Part shown: positions 24,245-25,553 of the stretch, piece after piece | Layout of the letters: the number at the start of each line of letters is the position of its first letter | Position numbering within the stretch: the first letter of the stretch is position 1 | Origin: a virus | Taxonomy: Duplodnaviria > Caudoviricetes | Strand: one strand, 5' to 3' | IMG/VR virus record: IMGVR_UViG_3300022929_004836 | Location: 1-25,553 of that record | Length of the DNA stretch: 25,553 bases | Position numbers and translations under genes: made by a program | The notes under the pieces: generated by a model | Seen by the model: the letters and a program-made list of their open reading frames with translations, nothing else | What the model was told of the DNA's origin: nothing | Database searches by the model: none

Positions 24245-25236
24245 TACTAATATGTTATGGCACTAGACCTGAGTTTGTAAAAATTCAGCCCCTGATCAAC
24301 GCGTTAAAAGGTAACGTTCCTTATAAGCTGCTTTTTACCGGTCAGCATGCGGACATTGCTAATTTTCAATATGATTATAAATTGAATATTAAACCACTTA
24401 AAAACCGGCTAGACTCTATTTTTTCATCTTGCCTAGATTTAGATGAGTCTATTTTTTCTGGAATTGAAAGCGTTATGGTCATGGGGGACACTGCTTCTGC
24501 AGCAGCCATGGCTATAGCAGCTTTTAACAGGGGTCTAAAATTGCTTCACCTTGAGGCTGGTCTAAGGACTTACGACATGGTCAATCCTTACCCCGAAGAA
24601 GGTTATAGGCAAGTTATAGCTAGATTAGCTGATGTTCATTTTTGTCCAACTAAAGAAAATAAACTGAATCTAGAAAAAGAAAAAGTAGGTGGCTCTAAAT
24701 ATGTAGTGGGCAATACTGTTTTAGATAATTTAGTAGGGGTAAAAACTTCATATACAGACGAAGTGATAGTAACCTTACATCGAAGAGAAAATCATTCTTT
24801 AATTATTGACTGGTTTAAGGAGATTTCTAAACTAGCTCTAGAAAATAATAATTTGAGGTTTACCATTCCACTGCACCCAAACCCAAATGTTAGTAAGTAC
24901 AGAGACTGTTTAATAGGGTTAAATATAGTTAAACCATTACCCTATGAAAAAATGAAAGTTAAAATCTCTAACTGTAGATTTATTATATCCGACAGCGGAG
25001 GACTGCAGGAAGAGGCAAGTTTTCTAAAGAAGAAAATTATAGTTTGCCGTAAAACCACAGAAAGGCCAGAAAGCTTAGGTCAAACAAGCTTTCTATGCTC
25101 TTCCCCTCAAAAACTTCAAAAAATTTTTAATAAAGTAAGTTCAGACTTCATGGTGACACATGATCATAACTGTCCTTTCGGGGATGGCAATACCTCATCA
25201 AAGATTAAAGATTTTTTAAAAAACGGTTATGTATAA
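24241..25236 (+). CDS. wecB: UDP-N-acetylglucosamine 2-epimerase (non-hydrolysing type)
   Basis: GTRPE, TGQH, GDT, HLEAGLRT, PYPEE, TLHRREN, HPNP, SDSGGLQEE, TERPE, FGDG. Confidence 0.95.
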   Translation: MILICYGTRPEFVKIQPLINALKGNVPYKLLFTGQHADIANFQYDYKLNIKPLKNRLDSIFSSCLDLDESIFSGIESVMVMGDTASAAAMAIAAFNRGLKLLHLEAGLRTYDMVNPYPEEGYRQVIARLADVHFCPTKENKLNLEKEKVGGSKYVVGNTVLDNLVGVKTSYTDEVIVTLHRRENHSLIIDWFKEISKLALENNNLRFTIPLHPNPNVSKYRDCLIGLNIVKPLPYEKMKVKISNCRFIISDSGGLQEEASFLKKKIIVCRKTTERPESLGQTSFLCSSPQKLQKIFNKVSSDFMVTHDHNCPFGDGNTSSKIKDFLKNGYV

Positions 25237-25553
25237 TATTATATACTTCTGCAAGTTTGGTTTAGATTTATACTACGAAAGTCTTCGAAAAGCTTTTTCT
25301 CAGGATCCCGAGGTCAACCTATTCTGTTACGGGCCAAATTATCAAGCTTACAACCCGCAGCATACTATTGATGATGTAGTAAAGACTAGCGGATTCCCAA
25401 AGGTTGATCTTTTATTTTTTTCTGCGGGATGGGATTCAGATGAATCCCTAGAGACCGTAGATCCTCACCCAAATATCAGACCAGCCGAAACAGATATTAA
25501 AAAATTTTACTTACTAAATAAAGAATACAAAAAATTAGATCTTCGGCTAGAGT
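25229..25553 (+). CDS. 5' part of a probable glycosyltransferase (CgeB-like); truncated by the window edge
   Basis: Not in the ORF track. ATG 25229 overlaps the wecB end and the frame is open to the edge: MYNIIYFCKF...YGPNYQAYN...FSAGW...LNKEYKKLDLRLE. Confidence 0.55.
   Translation, partial: MYNIIYFCKFGLDLYYESLRKAFSQDPEVNLFCYGPNYQAYNPQHTIDDVVKTSGFPKVDLLFFSAGWDSDESLETVDPHPNIRPAETDIKKFYLLNKEYKKLDLRLE

Noticed and set aside
1-25553. Stop-codon reassignment (alternative genetic code)
   Set aside because: Conserved genes are full length in the standard code, and TAA, TAG and TGA all end genes. Reading through TGA 20825 meets a TAA upstream without reaching a start codon.

Overview
This window is a segment of a large, AT-rich dsDNA tailed-phage genome (standard genetic code, densely packed genes). 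I saw no tRNA, rRNA, CRISPR array or transposase. Four blocks are visible. (1) 1-3458, minus strand: a lambda-like tail-tip module in the order gpM-gpL-gpK-gpI-gpJ (gpJ partial). (2) 3521-9495, plus strand and divergent from block 1: three paralogous ~290-aa proteins, each apparently a tandem duplication of a tail-tube-like domain, then a 1101-aa IPT/TIG-repeat protein very rich in Ser-Gly/Thr-Gly. (3) 9492-16469, minus strand: a DUF2589-like pair, a GT-A glycosyltransferase, class II ribonucleotide reductase NrdJ, small hypotheticals, Hsp20 and dUTPase. (4) 16912-end, plus strand: dNMP kinase, a sigma70-type sigma factor, a DUF736-like protein and a glycan cluster (several glycosyltransferases, a methyltransferase, an NDP-sugar epimerase, WecB). 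The most notable signals are: a ~280-nt GC-enriched, highly base-paired, possibly pseudoknotted non-coding element at the strand switch (candidate new ncRNA, or an origin); a sigma54 -24/-12 promoter with enhancer-like palindromes ahead of hsp20; a recurrent AGTGTA motif before structural genes and the sigma gene; a GT2 gene lacking a canonical start and entered by a -1 slippery heptamer; and a possible virion glycosylation system targeting [ST]-G sites. All family calls come from motifs recognised by eye, not from database searches.
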